From NCBI GenBank assembly GCA_963717935.1, contig CAVQXP010000004.1:1472001-1536000 (forward strand): a DNA stretch of 64,000 nucleotides, read 5' to 3'. Numbering within the stretch: the stretch's first letter is position 1; the number at the start of each line of letters is the position of its first letter. The notes beneath the pieces were generated by a model. The model was not told the DNA's origin. It worked only from the letters and a program-made list of their open reading frames with translations, and searched no databases. The position numbers and the translations under genes were made by a program. The DNA is from Candidatus Eiseniibacteriota bacterium. GTDB taxonomy: Bacteria; Eisenbacteria; RBG-16-71-46. Shown piece by piece: positions 29,978 through 40,484 of the stretch.

Positions 29978-31243
29978 CTACGGCGTCTTCGGGATCGCTG
30001 ACGTGAGCACCTCGGGATCGCCGCTCGTGACCAGCACGTCGTCCTCGATGCGGATGCCGCCGAAACCGAGCAGCGTGTCCACCTTCGCCCAGTTCACGGC
30101 GTCGCGGTAGCGCGAACGGCGCTCCGGATCCTTCAGCAGCGCCGGGATGAAGTAGATCCCCGGCTCGACCGTGATGACGTGGCCGGGCTGGAGCGGGAAG
30201 TCGCAGCGCAGGAAGGCGAGCCCGAAACGGGTGCTGCGCTTGCGCCCGGGCAGGTAGCCACTCGCATCGCGCACCCCGAGCCCCACCAGGTGGCCGAGCC
30301 CGTGCGGGAAGAACAGTGCGTGCGCGTCCTGCTCGACCAGGGAGTCCGGCGAGCCGCGCAGGATGCCGAGCCCGACCAGGCCCTCGGCCAGGTCGCGCGC
30401 GACCGCGAGGTGGACATCGCGCCACTCCGTGCCTGGCCGGCAGCGCCCGATGCCGCGTACCTGCCCGTTCAGCACGACCCCGTAGAGCTCGCGGAAGAAC
30501 CCGCCCTGCGTGCCAGCCTGGTAGGTGCGCGTGACGTCGCTGGCGTAGCGGCCGATCTCGGCGCCGGCGTCGATCAGCACGTTGTCGCCCTCGCGCACCA
30601 CGCGGACGCCGGGCGTGAAGTGCAGCACGCCGGAGTTCGAGCCCGCGCCGACGATGGTGCCGAAGGCGGTGCGCTCGCCGCCGTTCCGGAAGAACTCCGC
30701 CTCGAGCTCGACCTGCAGATCGCGCTCGGTCACGCCCGGGCGGATCAGTTGCCGCACCGCCGCGAAGCCCGCGGCAGTCGCGGCCGTGGCGCGGCGCATG
30801 CGCTCCAGCTCCACCTCGTCCTTGGGCCGGATCGCCTGCTGCAGCTCTTCGCGCGCCCTGGCGGTAACCGCCGCGTCCGCCGCCACGTCAGGAAGCGCCA
30901 CACCCAGCATGGCGATACGGCGCCCGCGGCGCGCCTCCAGCCAGGCCGGGAAGCGCGACAGGGGCGTGCCCTCGGCGTCCGTGCGGCCCTCCCAGACGCG
31001 CTCGTCCTCGGTCACGTCCGGCACGAAATCGGTCCAGCCCTCCTTCGGGTCGAAGGCCACGACGCCGCCCTCGCATTCACGGTCCGCGAGGTAGACGTAC
31101 TCGGAGTGCGAGAGGAAGGGGTAGGTCTGGTCCTGCCCGCCCGGGATGGAGACCGGGTGTCCGGCGCCGACCAGGACGACTTCGTCGGACAGTCCCCAGG
31201 CGGCGGCGACGCGGGCGCGGCGGCGTTCGAGGTAGGTGGTCAT
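29978..31243 (-). CDS. Xaa-Pro aminopeptidase (M24B)
   Basis: IDAG, SDVTRT, HGLGH.VG, TVEPG.YF, GGIRIEDD. Confidence 0.9.
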   Translation of the reverse strand: MTTYLERRRARVAAAWGLSDEVVLVGAGHPVSIPGGQDQTYPFLSHSEYVYLADRECEGGVVAFDPKEGWTDFVPDVTEDERVWEGRTDAEGTPLSRFPAWLEARRGRRIAMLGVALPDVAADAAVTARAREELQQAIRPKDEVELERMRRATAATAAGFAAVRQLIRPGVTERDLQVELEAEFFRNGGERTAFGTIVGAGSNSGVLHFTPGVRVVREGDNVLIDAGAEIGRYASDVTRTYQAGTQGGFFRELYGVVLNGQVRGIGRCRPGTEWRDVHLAVARDLAEGLVGLGILRGSPDSLVEQDAHALFFPHGLGHLVGLGVRDASGYLPGRKRSTRFGLAFLRCDFPLQPGHVITVEPGIYFIPALLKDPERRSRYRDAVNWAKVDTLLGFGGIRIEDDVLVTSGDPEVLTSAIPKTP

Positions 31244-31551
31244 CCACGGCACTCCATCGGGATCGGGGTGAGAGGGAAGGAGCGCGCGTGTCCCGTCCCC
31301 GCGCGCCGGTCCGGTCATGGTCGGGGCTGTTGCGGTGCTCAGGCCTCCAGGGCTCCGTGGGCCCGGTCGTGTTCCTTTCGGGGTCGCGGGCACGAACCCG
31401 GGCCGGCGCGACCCGCTGCCTTCTTCCGGGTGCGGCGAGAGCGTAATCCCGGCAAGGCCGGTGCGCCAGCGCCCCGCCCGCGCGCATGCCGGTCACGCGC
31501 TGGAACGGACCCGGGGACGGGCGTAGGCTGCGCCGCGAAAGGAGACCGGTC

Positions 31552-32880
31552 ATGGGTATCCGTGAAGACGGCGCCGCCACGCTGGAATGGGTCGCGCGCT
31601 ACCTCGAGCGCGTCGGGGATCTGCCGGTGCTGGCGCAGGTCGAGCCGGGCGAGATCCGCTCACGCCTGCCCGCCGCCCCGCCCGAGCAGGGCGAGCCGTT
31701 CGCGGCCGTGCTGCGCGACCTCGACGAGGTCCTGCTGCCCGGCGTGACGCACTGGCAGCACCCGCGCTACTTCGCCTATTTCGCGAACACGGCCTCCGAT
31801 CCCGGCATCCTCGCGGAGCTGCTCGCGGCGGCGCTCAACTCGGTGGGCTTCCTGTGGCGCACCGGGCCGGCGCTCACGGAGCTGGAGCTGGTGGTGCTCG
31901 ACTGGCTCGCCCAGCTCCTCGGGCTGCCCTCCGGATGGCACGGCCACATCGAGGACACGGCCTCGACCTCCACCTTCGCCGCGCTCGTCGCGGCGCGCGA
32001 GGCGGCGCCCGGACGGCGCGTCGTGGTGTGCTCGGCGCAAGCGCACTCCTCGGTCGAGAAGGCCTGCCGCATGGCGGAGCTCGAGCTGCGCATGGTCCCC
32101 GTGGACGCGGCGTACCGCATGCGAGCGGACGCGCTCGACCTCGCGGGGGCGTGCGCGGTGGTCGCGACGGTCGGCACCACCTCCACGACCTCGGTGGATC
32201 CGGTCCCCGCGATCGCGGACGCGTGCGGGCGCGCCGGCGTGTGGCTGCACGTGGACGCGGCCTACGCGGGCTCGGCCATGGTCTGCCCGGAGTTCCGCTG
32301 GGCCTTCGCCGGGGTGGACCGCGCCGACTCGCTGGTGGTGAACGCGCACAAGTGGCTCTTCACGCCCATGGACTGCTCGTGCTTCTGGAGCCGCAGGCCG
32401 GAGGCGCTGCGGCACGCCTTCAGTCTGGTGCCCGAGTACCTGCGGACGACCGACACCGCCGAAGTGAACCTGATGGATTACAGCCCCGTCCTCGGCCGCC
32501 GCTTCCGCGCGCTCAAGCTCTGGGCGGTGCTGCGCTGTCACGGGCGCGAGGGATTGCAGGCGCTCATCCGCGAGCACGTGCGGCTCGCCGCGCTCTTCGA
32601 GGGCTGGGTGCGCGCGACGGCCGGTTGGGAGGTCTGCGCCCCGCGGCCCTTCTCGGTGGTCTGCTTCCGGCGTGAGGGCAGCGACGAGGAGAACGCCGCC
32701 CTGCTCGAGCGCGTGAACCGCACCGGCGAGGTCTTCCTCTCCGCCACGAAGCTCGAGGGGCGCACGGTGCTGCGGCTGGCGATCGGCAACGCCCGCACCA
32801 CCGAGGCGGACGTGCAGCGGGCCTGGGAGGTGCTCCTGCGGGAGTCGGGGGAGGGCCCCGGCCCCGAGGGACGGCCCTGA
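31552..32880 (+). CDS. PLP-dependent group II (aromatic L-amino acid-type) decarboxylase
   Basis: THWQHP..FAYF, AHSS.EKA, HVDAAYAG, NAHKW, LGRRFRALKLW. Confidence 0.9.
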   Translation: MGIREDGAATLEWVARYLERVGDLPVLAQVEPGEIRSRLPAAPPEQGEPFAAVLRDLDEVLLPGVTHWQHPRYFAYFANTASDPGILAELLAAALNSVGFLWRTGPALTELELVVLDWLAQLLGLPSGWHGHIEDTASTSTFAALVAAREAAPGRRVVVCSAQAHSSVEKACRMAELELRMVPVDAAYRMRADALDLAGACAVVATVGTTSTTSVDPVPAIADACGRAGVWLHVDAAYAGSAMVCPEFRWAFAGVDRADSLVVNAHKWLFTPMDCSCFWSRRPEALRHAFSLVPEYLRTTDTAEVNLMDYSPVLGRRFRALKLWAVLRCHGREGLQALIREHVRLAALFEGWVRATAGWEVCAPRPFSVVCFRREGSDEENAALLERVNRTGEVFLSATKLEGRTVLRLAIGNARTTEADVQRAWEVLLRESGEGPGPEGRP

Positions 32881-32906
32881 GGGGGGCCGGCCCCGTGTCC
32901 ACGTGG

Positions 32907-33461
32907 CTACGACGCCGCGCTGCTGTGGTCGTGGACCACGCGCCAGCCCGCGTCAGGGAACCAGCGCAGCCAGAGCGTGAACAACCCGTGCGGCTCGCCG
33001 TCCTTCAGCTTCAGGCTCCACCCGCCGCGCACCAGCGCCTGGCCCCGTGCCGCAACCGTCACGTCGTGCAGGTCGAAGACGAGCGTGCCCATCTCGTGTC
33101 CTTCGGACTGGTAGCGCCTGCGGTAGCGGTCGAGGGTCACCTGCCAGCCGTGGGAGAGGTTCCCGCCCGAGTAGAAGGTGAGCGAATCCGACTTCCAGTA
33201 GCCCTTCATGAAACCTTCGAGGTCGCCGCGGTTCCAGGCGGCCACCTGCGCATCGAGCAGGCGCCGCACGGCCGCCGGGTCCTGGTCCTCGGGGACCACG
33301 CACATCGTCGGGGCCAGGGGCGGCGGCACGGGCGCCACCAGGGCGCGCAGGAGGGAGTCGCTCGGGCTGGCGCTTCCGGCCGCCCGCAGCGGCCCGGCCG
33401 GGGCCGCTGCCAGGGCGAGGACGACGAGGACGAGCGGGGCCAGGCGCGATCGATCGGGCAT
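32907..33461 (-). CDS. Exported NTF2-like (DUF4440/YybH-type) protein
   Basis: Signal peptide; Q..AWN.GD..GFM.GYW and W.V.HDHSS. Confidence 0.75.
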   Translation of the reverse strand: MPDRSRLAPLVLVVLALAAAPAGPLRAAGSASPSDSLLRALVAPVPPPLAPTMCVVPEDQDPAAVRRLLDAQVAAWNRGDLEGFMKGYWKSDSLTFYSGGNLSHGWQVTLDRYRRRYQSEGHEMGTLVFDLHDVTVAARGQALVRGGWSLKLKDGEPHGLFTLWLRWFPDAGWRVVHDHSSAAS

Positions 33462-33729
33462 CGGTCATTCCTCCAGGGTCCGTGAGGGTGCCCGGAATGT
33501 GCGCCCGGCGCGGCCCCGTGGCAAGCGGCGGGAGGCCTTGACTCGCGCGGGAGCGGCGGGTTCTCATCCGCGCTGCTCCCGGCGCCCGGGAGGCGCCCGC
33601 GACGCCAGTCATTTCGCGCCCGTCGTGCAGGACCGCGTCATCCACACCGAGATGCGCCTGCGCGTGGAGCGCCTGCTCCCGGCCGAGCTGATGAGCCGCC
33701 CGCCCGGCGTCTCGCACGAAAGGTCCGAC

Positions 33730-34830
33730 ATGAACGGCCGCCCGCCGCTCCCCGCCTCCGCCACGCTCTTCGAGCCCCTCGCGCTGCGCTCCGTGACGCT
33801 GCGCAACCGCATCGTGCTCTCGCCCATGGCCCAGTACTCCGCCGAGGATGGCATGGCGAACGACTGGCACTTCGTCCACTACGCCAGCCGCGCCGCAGGT
33901 GGACTGGGCGCCGTCGTCGTCGAGGTGACGGCCGTCTCTCCCGAGGGGCGCATCTGCCCGGGGGAGCTGGGCCTGTGGAAGGACGAGCAGGTCGCCCCGC
34001 TCGCTCGTCTCGCCGCCCTGATCGCGGCGCAGGACGCGGTACCGGGCATCCAGATCGGGCATGCCGGGCGCAAGGCCTGCATGGCGCGACCGTGGGAGGG
34101 GGGTGGCGCCGTGCCGCTCGACCGGGGTGGTTGGATCCCACTCGGGCCCGGGACGGAGCCGTTCGGCCCGGCGTACCCCACGCCCCGCGCCCTGACACCC
34201 GCGGACCTCGAGGCCGTGCCCGGGGCCTTCGCTGCTGCGGCGCGGCGCGCGCACCGTGCCGGCTTCCGGCTGCTCGAGATCCACGCCGCGCACGGCTACC
34301 TCCTGCACCAGTTCCTCTCGCCGCTCGTGAACCGGCGCACCGACGGCTACGGTGGCCGGTTCGAGAGCCGCGCGCGCCTGGCGCTCGAGGTCACGCGCGC
34401 CGTGCGCGCCGCGTGGCCCGCGGACCTGCCGCTGTGGTCTCGCATCTCGGCGACCGACTGGGCAGCGGGGGGCTGGGACGTGGACGAGGCGGTGCGGCTC
34501 GCAGGCCTGCTGCAGGACGAAGGCGTGGACCTCGTGGACTCCTCGAGCGGCGGGGTCGTGGCGCACCAGCGGGTCCCCGCGGCGCCCGGGTTCCAGGTCC
34601 CCTTCGCCGAGCGCATCCGGCGCGAGGCGCGCGTGCGCACCGGCGCGGTGGGGCTGATCACCGAGCCCGCGCAGGCCGATGCCGTCCTGCGCGCGGGGCA
34701 GGCGGACGTCGTGCTGCTCGGCCGCGTGATGCTGCGCGATCCCTATTGGCCGCTGCACGCCGCACAAGCCCTGGGCGTCGAGGGGCCGTGGCCGGTGCAG
34801 TACCTCAGGGGGGCTCCCGAAAGGGCGTGA
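33730..34830 (+). CDS. NADH:flavin oxidoreductase (Old Yellow Enzyme, YqjM/NamA type)
   Basis: NRIVLSPM.QY, Q..HAGRK, HAAHGYLLHQFLSP..N.RTD.YGG. Confidence 0.92.
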   Translation: MNGRPPLPASATLFEPLALRSVTLRNRIVLSPMAQYSAEDGMANDWHFVHYASRAAGGLGAVVVEVTAVSPEGRICPGELGLWKDEQVAPLARLAALIAAQDAVPGIQIGHAGRKACMARPWEGGGAVPLDRGGWIPLGPGTEPFGPAYPTPRALTPADLEAVPGAFAAAARRAHRAGFRLLEIHAAHGYLLHQFLSPLVNRRTDGYGGRFESRARLALEVTRAVRAAWPADLPLWSRISATDWAAGGWDVDEAVRLAGLLQDEGVDLVDSSSGGVVAHQRVPAAPGFQVPFAERIRREARVRTGAVGLITEPAQADAVLRAGQADVVLLGRVMLRDPYWPLHAAQALGVEGPWPVQYLRGAPERA

Positions 34831-34848
34831 CGCGCTCGCGTCACGCCC
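34823..34848. terminator. Inverted repeat at end of oxidoreductase gene
   Basis: gggcgtgacgcg-ct-cgcgtcacgccc. Confidence 0.4.
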
Positions 34849-35058
34849 CGGGGGCGTCGCGGACCCCGCGGGAGTGGCGGGCGTGGACCGCCGGCGTGGC
34901 CGCCGGCTGGAACCGGGCGGGTCGGCGGAACGACGTGCCCGGGTGAGGACCCGTTGCGGAGGCCGCTCCGGGCGCGTAGGCTGCCGGCTCGGGGTCGCAG
35001 CTGTGGTTCGGGTGGGCGCGGCCTGACGTGCGCGTCACCCCTCTCGCGAGGAGACGCA

Positions 35059-36624
35059 ATGCCCGATCGCTCTCGTGAGGATCCGTGCAGCGGGGAGGAA
35101 CTGGCTGCGCAGCGCGCGTTCCTGCGCCAGGTCATCGACCTGAACCCCTCCTTCATCTTCGCCAAGGACCGCGCGGGCCGCTTCACGCTCGTGAACCAGG
35201 CCGTGGCGGACAACTACGGCACCACGGTGGAGGCCCTGATCGGGAAGACCGACGCCGACTTCAATCCCGACCCCGAGGAGGTCGAGCACTTCCGGCGCGA
35301 CGACCTCGAGGTGATGGACACGCAGCGCGAGAAGATCGTCCCCGAGGAGATCATCACCGACGCCTCCGGCCGGCAGCGCCATCTGCACACCATCAAGCGG
35401 CCGATCGTCGGCCCGGACGGGACGGCGAACCAGATGCTGGGCGTGGCCACCGACATCACGGCGCGCAAGCGGCTGGAGGAGCAGCTCGCGCAGGCCCAGA
35501 AGATGGAGGCCGTCGGCCGCCTGGCGGGCGGCGTGGCCCACGACTTCAACAACCTGCTCACGGTCATCCTCGGTTCGGTCGAACTGCTGCTCGACGGGCT
35601 GGAGCCGGGGCATCCCGTGCAGCCCAACGCCGAGGAGATCCGCAGGGCCGCCGAGCGCGCGGCGATGCTGACCCGGCAACTGCTCGCCTTCAGCCGCAAG
35701 CAGGTCCTCCTGCCCGTCGTGCTGGACCTCGACCGCGTCGTCCTGGACGGCACCCGCATGCTGCGCCACCTGATCGGCGAGGACATCGAGCTGATCACCC
35801 TCATCGAGGCGTCCGGTGCGAGCGTGAAGGCCGACCCGACCCAGCTCACCCAGGTGATCCTCAACCTGGCGATCAACGCCCGCGACGCGATGCCCCACGG
35901 CGGCACCCTCACCGTGCGCACCACCACCACCTCGTTCGACGAGGCTTACGCGGCCACGCACCCTGGCGTCGCGCCAGGGGACTACGTGACGATCGCGGTG
36001 ACCGACACCGGGCACGGGATCGCCCCCGAGGTGCTCCCGCACATCTTCGAGCCGTTCTTCACCACCAAGCCCGCGGGGCTCGGCACCGGGCTCGGCCTGG
36101 CGACCTCGTACGGGATCGTCGAGCAGAGCGGCGGCCACATCATGCTGGAGAGCGAGCCGGGCCGCGGGACGACGTTCTTCGTTCATCTGCCCCGGGTGGG
36201 GGACGCGGCCGGGGAGCCGGGTTCGCGGACCGCCGGGTCGCGCGGTGGCCAGGAGACCATCCTGCTCGTGGAGGACGACGAGATGGTCCGCATCGTCGCC
36301 TCGATCAGCCTGCGGGCGAAGGGCTACCAGGTGATCGAGGCCGCGAACGGGCAGGAGGCCCTGGCCCTGGCCGCGGCGCACAGCGGCCCCATCCATCTGC
36401 TCGTCACCGACGTGATCATGCCGCAGTTGGGGGGGATGGAGCTGGCCGCGCGCCTGGCGCACACGCGCCCGGACACCCGGGTGCTCTACACCTCCGGGTA
36501 CACCCATGATCCGGTGGTGCTCCAGGGTGCCAGCGGGGCCGAGAGCGCCTTCCTGCCCAAGCCCTACGTGGGGGAGATGCTCGCGCGCCGGGTCCGCGAG
36601 TTGCTGGAGAATCCCGCCCGGTAG
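35059..36624 (+). CDS. Cytoplasmic PAS hybrid histidine kinase with receiver domain (CckA-like)
   Basis: PAS domain, AHDFNN H-box, FEPFFTTK, GTGLGL, receiver LLVEDD...TDV.MP. Confidence 0.92.
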   Translation: MPDRSREDPCSGEELAAQRAFLRQVIDLNPSFIFAKDRAGRFTLVNQAVADNYGTTVEALIGKTDADFNPDPEEVEHFRRDDLEVMDTQREKIVPEEIITDASGRQRHLHTIKRPIVGPDGTANQMLGVATDITARKRLEEQLAQAQKMEAVGRLAGGVAHDFNNLLTVILGSVELLLDGLEPGHPVQPNAEEIRRAAERAAMLTRQLLAFSRKQVLLPVVLDLDRVVLDGTRMLRHLIGEDIELITLIEASGASVKADPTQLTQVILNLAINARDAMPHGGTLTVRTTTTSFDEAYAATHPGVAPGDYVTIAVTDTGHGIAPEVLPHIFEPFFTTKPAGLGTGLGLATSYGIVEQSGGHIMLESEPGRGTTFFVHLPRVGDAAGEPGSRTAGSRGGQETILLVEDDEMVRIVASISLRAKGYQVIEAANGQEALALAAAHSGPIHLLVTDVIMPQLGGMELAARLAHTRPDTRVLYTSGYTHDPVVLQGASGAESAFLPKPYVGEMLARRVRELLENPAR

Positions 36625-36727
36625 GATGGGCCCGCCGGATCCACCGCCACCTCCCGGCCCTCCAGCTCATCCAAAGATCTCTGAGTCTGCTCGCAGTCCG
36701 TCCGGGCCGCTCCGGAGGAGACCCGTG

Positions 36728-37417
36728 ATGCCCCGTCCACTTCCGCTCGCGAGCCGCAGGGGCGCGGGCGCCGCGTCCGCGCTGGTCCTCATCCTCCTGC
36801 TCGGCCTCCCGGGCCCATCGCGGCCGGCGGCGGCGGCCGCGACCCCCCTCAAAGGACGGAGAGCCATGACCGAGCACCGTACCGAGACCGCGACCCTCGC
36901 CGGCGGCTGCTTCTGGTGTCTCGAAGCCGTGTTCGAGCGGTTGAAGGGCGTCGAGCGCGTCGTGTCGGGATATTCGGGCGGCAGTGTGGCCGGTCCCACC
37001 TACGAGCAGGTCTCGACCGGCGCGACGGGCCACGCCGAGTGCGTGCAGGTCACGTTCGACCCCGCGGTGCTCCCGTACCGCGATCTGCTCCGCATCTTCT
37101 TCGCCTTCCACGATCCGACGACGCCGAATCGCCAGGGCCCCGACGTGGGCACGCAGTACCGCTCGGCCGTCTTCTGGCGCGACCCCGGGCAGCAGGCCAC
37201 CGCCGGGCAGGTGATCGCGGAACTCGCGAGGAGCGGGGCCTTCGATGCGCCCATCGTGACCGAGGTCGTCCCCTTCACGGTCTTCTACCCCGCCGAGGGC
37301 CACCACCAGGGCTACTACGACCGGAATCAGGCCCAGCCCTACTGCCGCGTCGTGATCTCTCCCAAGGTGGCGAAGCTGAGGAAGCTCTACGCGGACCGGC
37401 TCAAGGCGCCGAAGTGA
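36728..37417 (+). CDS. msrA: Peptide methionine sulfoxide reductase A with possible export signal
   Basis: GGCFWC, GHAE, RQGPDVGTQYRS, YC; GGAGGAG RBS before 36728; alternative start at 36866. Confidence 0.92.
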   Translation: MPRPLPLASRRGAGAASALVLILLLGLPGPSRPAAAAATPLKGRRAMTEHRTETATLAGGCFWCLEAVFERLKGVERVVSGYSGGSVAGPTYEQVSTGATGHAECVQVTFDPAVLPYRDLLRIFFAFHDPTTPNRQGPDVGTQYRSAVFWRDPGQQATAGQVIAELARSGAFDAPIVTEVVPFTVFYPAEGHHQGYYDRNQAQPYCRVVISPKVAKLRKLYADRLKAPK

Positions 37418-37575
37418 GGGGACTCCGGAGTCCGGCGCCGCGCTCGGGCGGGCGAAGTCGCCCCGGGCGCGCTCGGACTGGCCGGGCCGGGCCGACCCAC
37501 GGAGGGCCGGGGGGCTGTCCGCCCCCCGGCCCTTCACGCTCCAGCACGATCTTCCGGGTACGACCAGGGCAAGAC

Positions 37576-38910
37576 CTACATCTTGCGACGGCTGCGTCGG
37601 TCGCCGGCGTTGATCTTCTTGCGCCGGCCATGGTCGGCCCCATCCGTTGCTCCGCTCACGACCCGCGCGGCCGGGATGCGAACGGACGACGCCCCGCCCC
37701 GGTGCGGCCCTGAAGAGCGGCCGGTGCCGTGGGTGCGCGAGGTGTGCGAGTGCCCGCCTCGATCGGACGGCTCCACCACCGACCGACGCTTGTAATCGAA
37801 GCCATCGAGGGTCACGCGTGGCACCCGGATGCCGAGGAAGTGCTCGATCGCGGCCACCTCCTCGTGCTCCTCGGGGCTCGCCAGCGTGAACGCGTCGCCC
37901 GTGGCGTCCATGCGCCCGGTGCGACCGATGCGGTGGACGTAGTCCTCGGGCGTGCGGGGCACGTCGTAGTTGATGACGTGCGTGATGTCGTCCACGTCGA
38001 TGCCGCGCGAGGCGATGTCGGTGGCGACCAGCACCCCGACCCGGCCGCGCTTGAAGTCGCTGAGAGCCCGCTCGCGCTGGCCCTGGCTGCGGTCGCCGTG
38101 GATGACCGCCACGTCGCGGCCACGATTGCGCAACTGACGCGTCAACCGGTCGGCGCCGTGCTTGGTGCGAGTGAAGACGAGCACGCTGTGCTCCGGCGAG
38201 CGGCTCAGGATCTCCTCCAGCAGCGCCGGCTTGAGGTGCCGCGGCACGGGATAGAACGCCTGCTCGATGCCGGCGGCGGGGCGCGAGGGCGGCGCCAGGT
38301 CGAGCCGCTTCGGGTTGCGGAGCGCGTCCTTGGCCACGCGGTTGAGTTCCGGCGGCATGGTGGCGGAGAACATCAGCGTCTGCCGGTCCCTGGGCAGGAG
38401 CGCCAGGATGCGCTGGAGGTCGGGCGCGAAGCCCATGTCCACCATGCGGTCGGCCTCGTCCAGGACGAGCACCTCGACCTCCTCGAGGCTCACGCTGTGC
38501 CGTCCGTGCAGATCGAGGAGCCTGCCGGGGGTGGCGACCAGGAGCTCCACGCCCTCACGGCGCAGCAGGCGTTCCTGGGGGCCGATGGGCACGCCGCCGT
38601 AGACGGCGCCGACCCGCACCCCGGTGAAGCGCGCGTAGTCGCGCCCGCAGGCATCGACCTGCGCGGCCAGTTCGCGGGTTGGGACGAGCACCAGCGCGCG
38701 CAGCGCGCGGGGCCCTTCGAGCAGACGCACCAGGATGGGGAGCAGGAACGCGGCGGTCTTGCCGCTGCCGGTCTGTGCGGCGGCGACCAGGTCGTGTCCG
38801 GGAAGGATCAGGGGGATGGCCCGACGCTGGATCGGGGTGGGCTCGGCGTACCCGGCAGCGCGCACGCTCCGGGTGATGGGCTCAGGCAGCCCCAGTGATG
38901 CGAAAGGCAT
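37576..38910 (-). CDS. DEAD-box RNA helicase (RhlE-like)
   Basis: AQTGSGKT, PTRELA, DEAD, SAT, HRIGRTGR; basic tail. Confidence 0.95.
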   Translation of the reverse strand: MPFASLGLPEPITRSVRAAGYAEPTPIQRRAIPLILPGHDLVAAAQTGSGKTAAFLLPILVRLLEGPRALRALVLVPTRELAAQVDACGRDYARFTGVRVGAVYGGVPIGPQERLLRREGVELLVATPGRLLDLHGRHSVSLEEVEVLVLDEADRMVDMGFAPDLQRILALLPRDRQTLMFSATMPPELNRVAKDALRNPKRLDLAPPSRPAAGIEQAFYPVPRHLKPALLEEILSRSPEHSVLVFTRTKHGADRLTRQLRNRGRDVAVIHGDRSQGQRERALSDFKRGRVGVLVATDIASRGIDVDDITHVINYDVPRTPEDYVHRIGRTGRMDATGDAFTLASPEEHEEVAAIEHFLGIRVPRVTLDGFDYKRRSVVEPSDRGGHSHTSRTHGTGRSSGPHRGGASSVRIPAARVVSGATDGADHGRRKKINAGDRRSRRKM

Positions 38911-39080
38911 TCGGTCTCCTTGAAGCGGTGGTGAAACGAGTGTCTACGAGACGGTGCGTCACGCGCGGCCCGTCGCTGAGCACTCGATGGCTCCAAGCGG
39001 GCCTGATGGCGGGCGAATCACGCCGGGGGGCGGACGGCCACGGTGGCCGGGCCCTCGAAGCAGGGGGGTGGGCTATAAGC

Positions 39081-39108
39081 AAAAACCGCCAAGAGATGTC
39101 CTTGGCGG
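39081..39108 (-). terminator. Intrinsic terminator in helicase leader
   Basis: Minus strand ccgccaag-gacatct-cttggcgg-TTTTT. Confidence 0.75.
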
Positions 39109-39153
39109 AATCGAACGCTGACAGCACATCCACAAGCAACCCAAGACGAAGGC

Positions 39154-39182
39154 AGTATCGGCACTCCGGTGGCGAAACGCAA
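39154..39182 (-). promoter_or_regulatory. Putative sigma70 promoter for helicase leader
   Basis: TTGCGT-N17-GATACT on minus strand. Confidence 0.55.
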
Positions 39183-39548
39183 GCGACATCGACGCGAGGC
39201 CCGTAACGTGTTGGGGGGGCACGCTGCCGCCCCCCAGGCCGGCAGACTGGCAATCCCCGTGGCAACCGGGCAAGATGGGGCCCATGGCCCATCGGGCTGT
39301 GCGGAGGCGGTTCCGGTCCGGCGGGCGATGTCGAGGGAGCGTGCTTCTCGGGTCTCGGACTTGCCGGGCGCATCCGGCCGCTGGTCCGCCCGGCGACCCC
39401 CTGATGGAGAGGAGTCTCCCGTGCCGCTGAACAGAGCAGCGATCGCCGCGATCCTTTGGGTCCAGGCCGGCCACGGGTGCCCGGGTGTGGGCGAGTCCCG
39501 CCTGCCCGGGCCGGGCGAGCCGGTGCAGGTCGAGAGCGGTTGCGCGCG

Positions 39549-40484
39549 ATGAAGACGAACCTCAGGGACCGCTCGGTGCTGCCGCGCTACGCCTGGCTCT
39601 CGATCGCCGCGGCGGTCGTGACCATCGCTCTGAAGGCCGGCGCCTACTTCCTCACGGGGTCGGTCGGCCTGCTCTCCGACGCGCTCGAGTCCTTCGTCAA
39701 TCTCGCCGGGGCGATCATGGCGCTGACCATGCTGACCATCGCCAGCCGGCCGGCCGACGAGGACCACCCCTACGGCCACAGCAAGGCGGAGTACTTCTCC
39801 AGCGGGGTCGAGGGCTCGCTCATCATGGTCGCCGCCATCGGCATCGCCGTGGCGGCGGTCGAGCGGCTCCTCCATCCGAGGATCCTGGAGCAGGTCGGTC
39901 TCGGGCTGGGTATCTCGGTCATCGCCTCACTCGTGAACCTGGGAGTCGCGCTGGTCCTGCTGCGGGCCTCGAAGCACTACGACTCGATCACGCTCAAGGC
40001 CAACGCGCAGCACCTGCTGACCGACGTCTGGACCTCGGTCGGCGTGGTGGTCGGCGTGGGCGCCGTGGCGCTGACCGGCTGGCAGTGGCTCGATCCGGGG
40101 GTGGCGCTGCTGGTGGCCGCCAACATCGTCTGGACGGGCGTGCGGATCGTCCGCGACTCGGTGCTCGGGTTGATGGACACCGCCATGGTGCCCGAGGAGC
40201 AGGCCGCCGTTCAGGCCGCGCTGCAGCCCCACCTGCGGGACGGCGTGCAGTCCCACGCGTTGCTCACGCGTAAGGCGGGCGCGCAGCGCTTCGTCTCCCT
40301 GCACGTGCTCGTGCCGGGCGCCTGGACGGTCCAGCAAGGCCACGACCTGGTGGAGCGTATCGAGGCCGACATCCGCCAGGCGGTCCGCAACGTCACGGTG
40401 CTGACGCACCTGGAGTCGCTCGACGACCCCGCGTCCTGGGACGACGTGACCCTGGACCGCTCCGGCGGGCCCGCGGCGAAGTAG
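39549..40484 (+). CDS. Cation diffusion facilitator (FieF-like)
   Basis: [24 protein letters not shown]...E.IE, H.E. Confidence 0.92.
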   Translation: MKTNLRDRSVLPRYAWLSIAAAVVTIALKAGAYFLTGSVGLLSDALESFVNLAGAIMALTMLTIASRPADEDHPYGHSKAEYFSSGVEGSLIMVAAIGIAVAAVERLLHPRILEQVGLGLGISVIASLVNLGVALVLLRASKHYDSITLKANAQHLLTDVWTSVGVVVGVGAVALTGWQWLDPGVALLVAANIVWTGVRIVRDSVLGLMDTAMVPEEQAAVQAALQPHLRDGVQSHALLTRKAGAQRFVSLHVLVPGAWTVQQGHDLVERIEADIRQAVRNVTVLTHLESLDDPASWDDVTLDRSGGPAAK

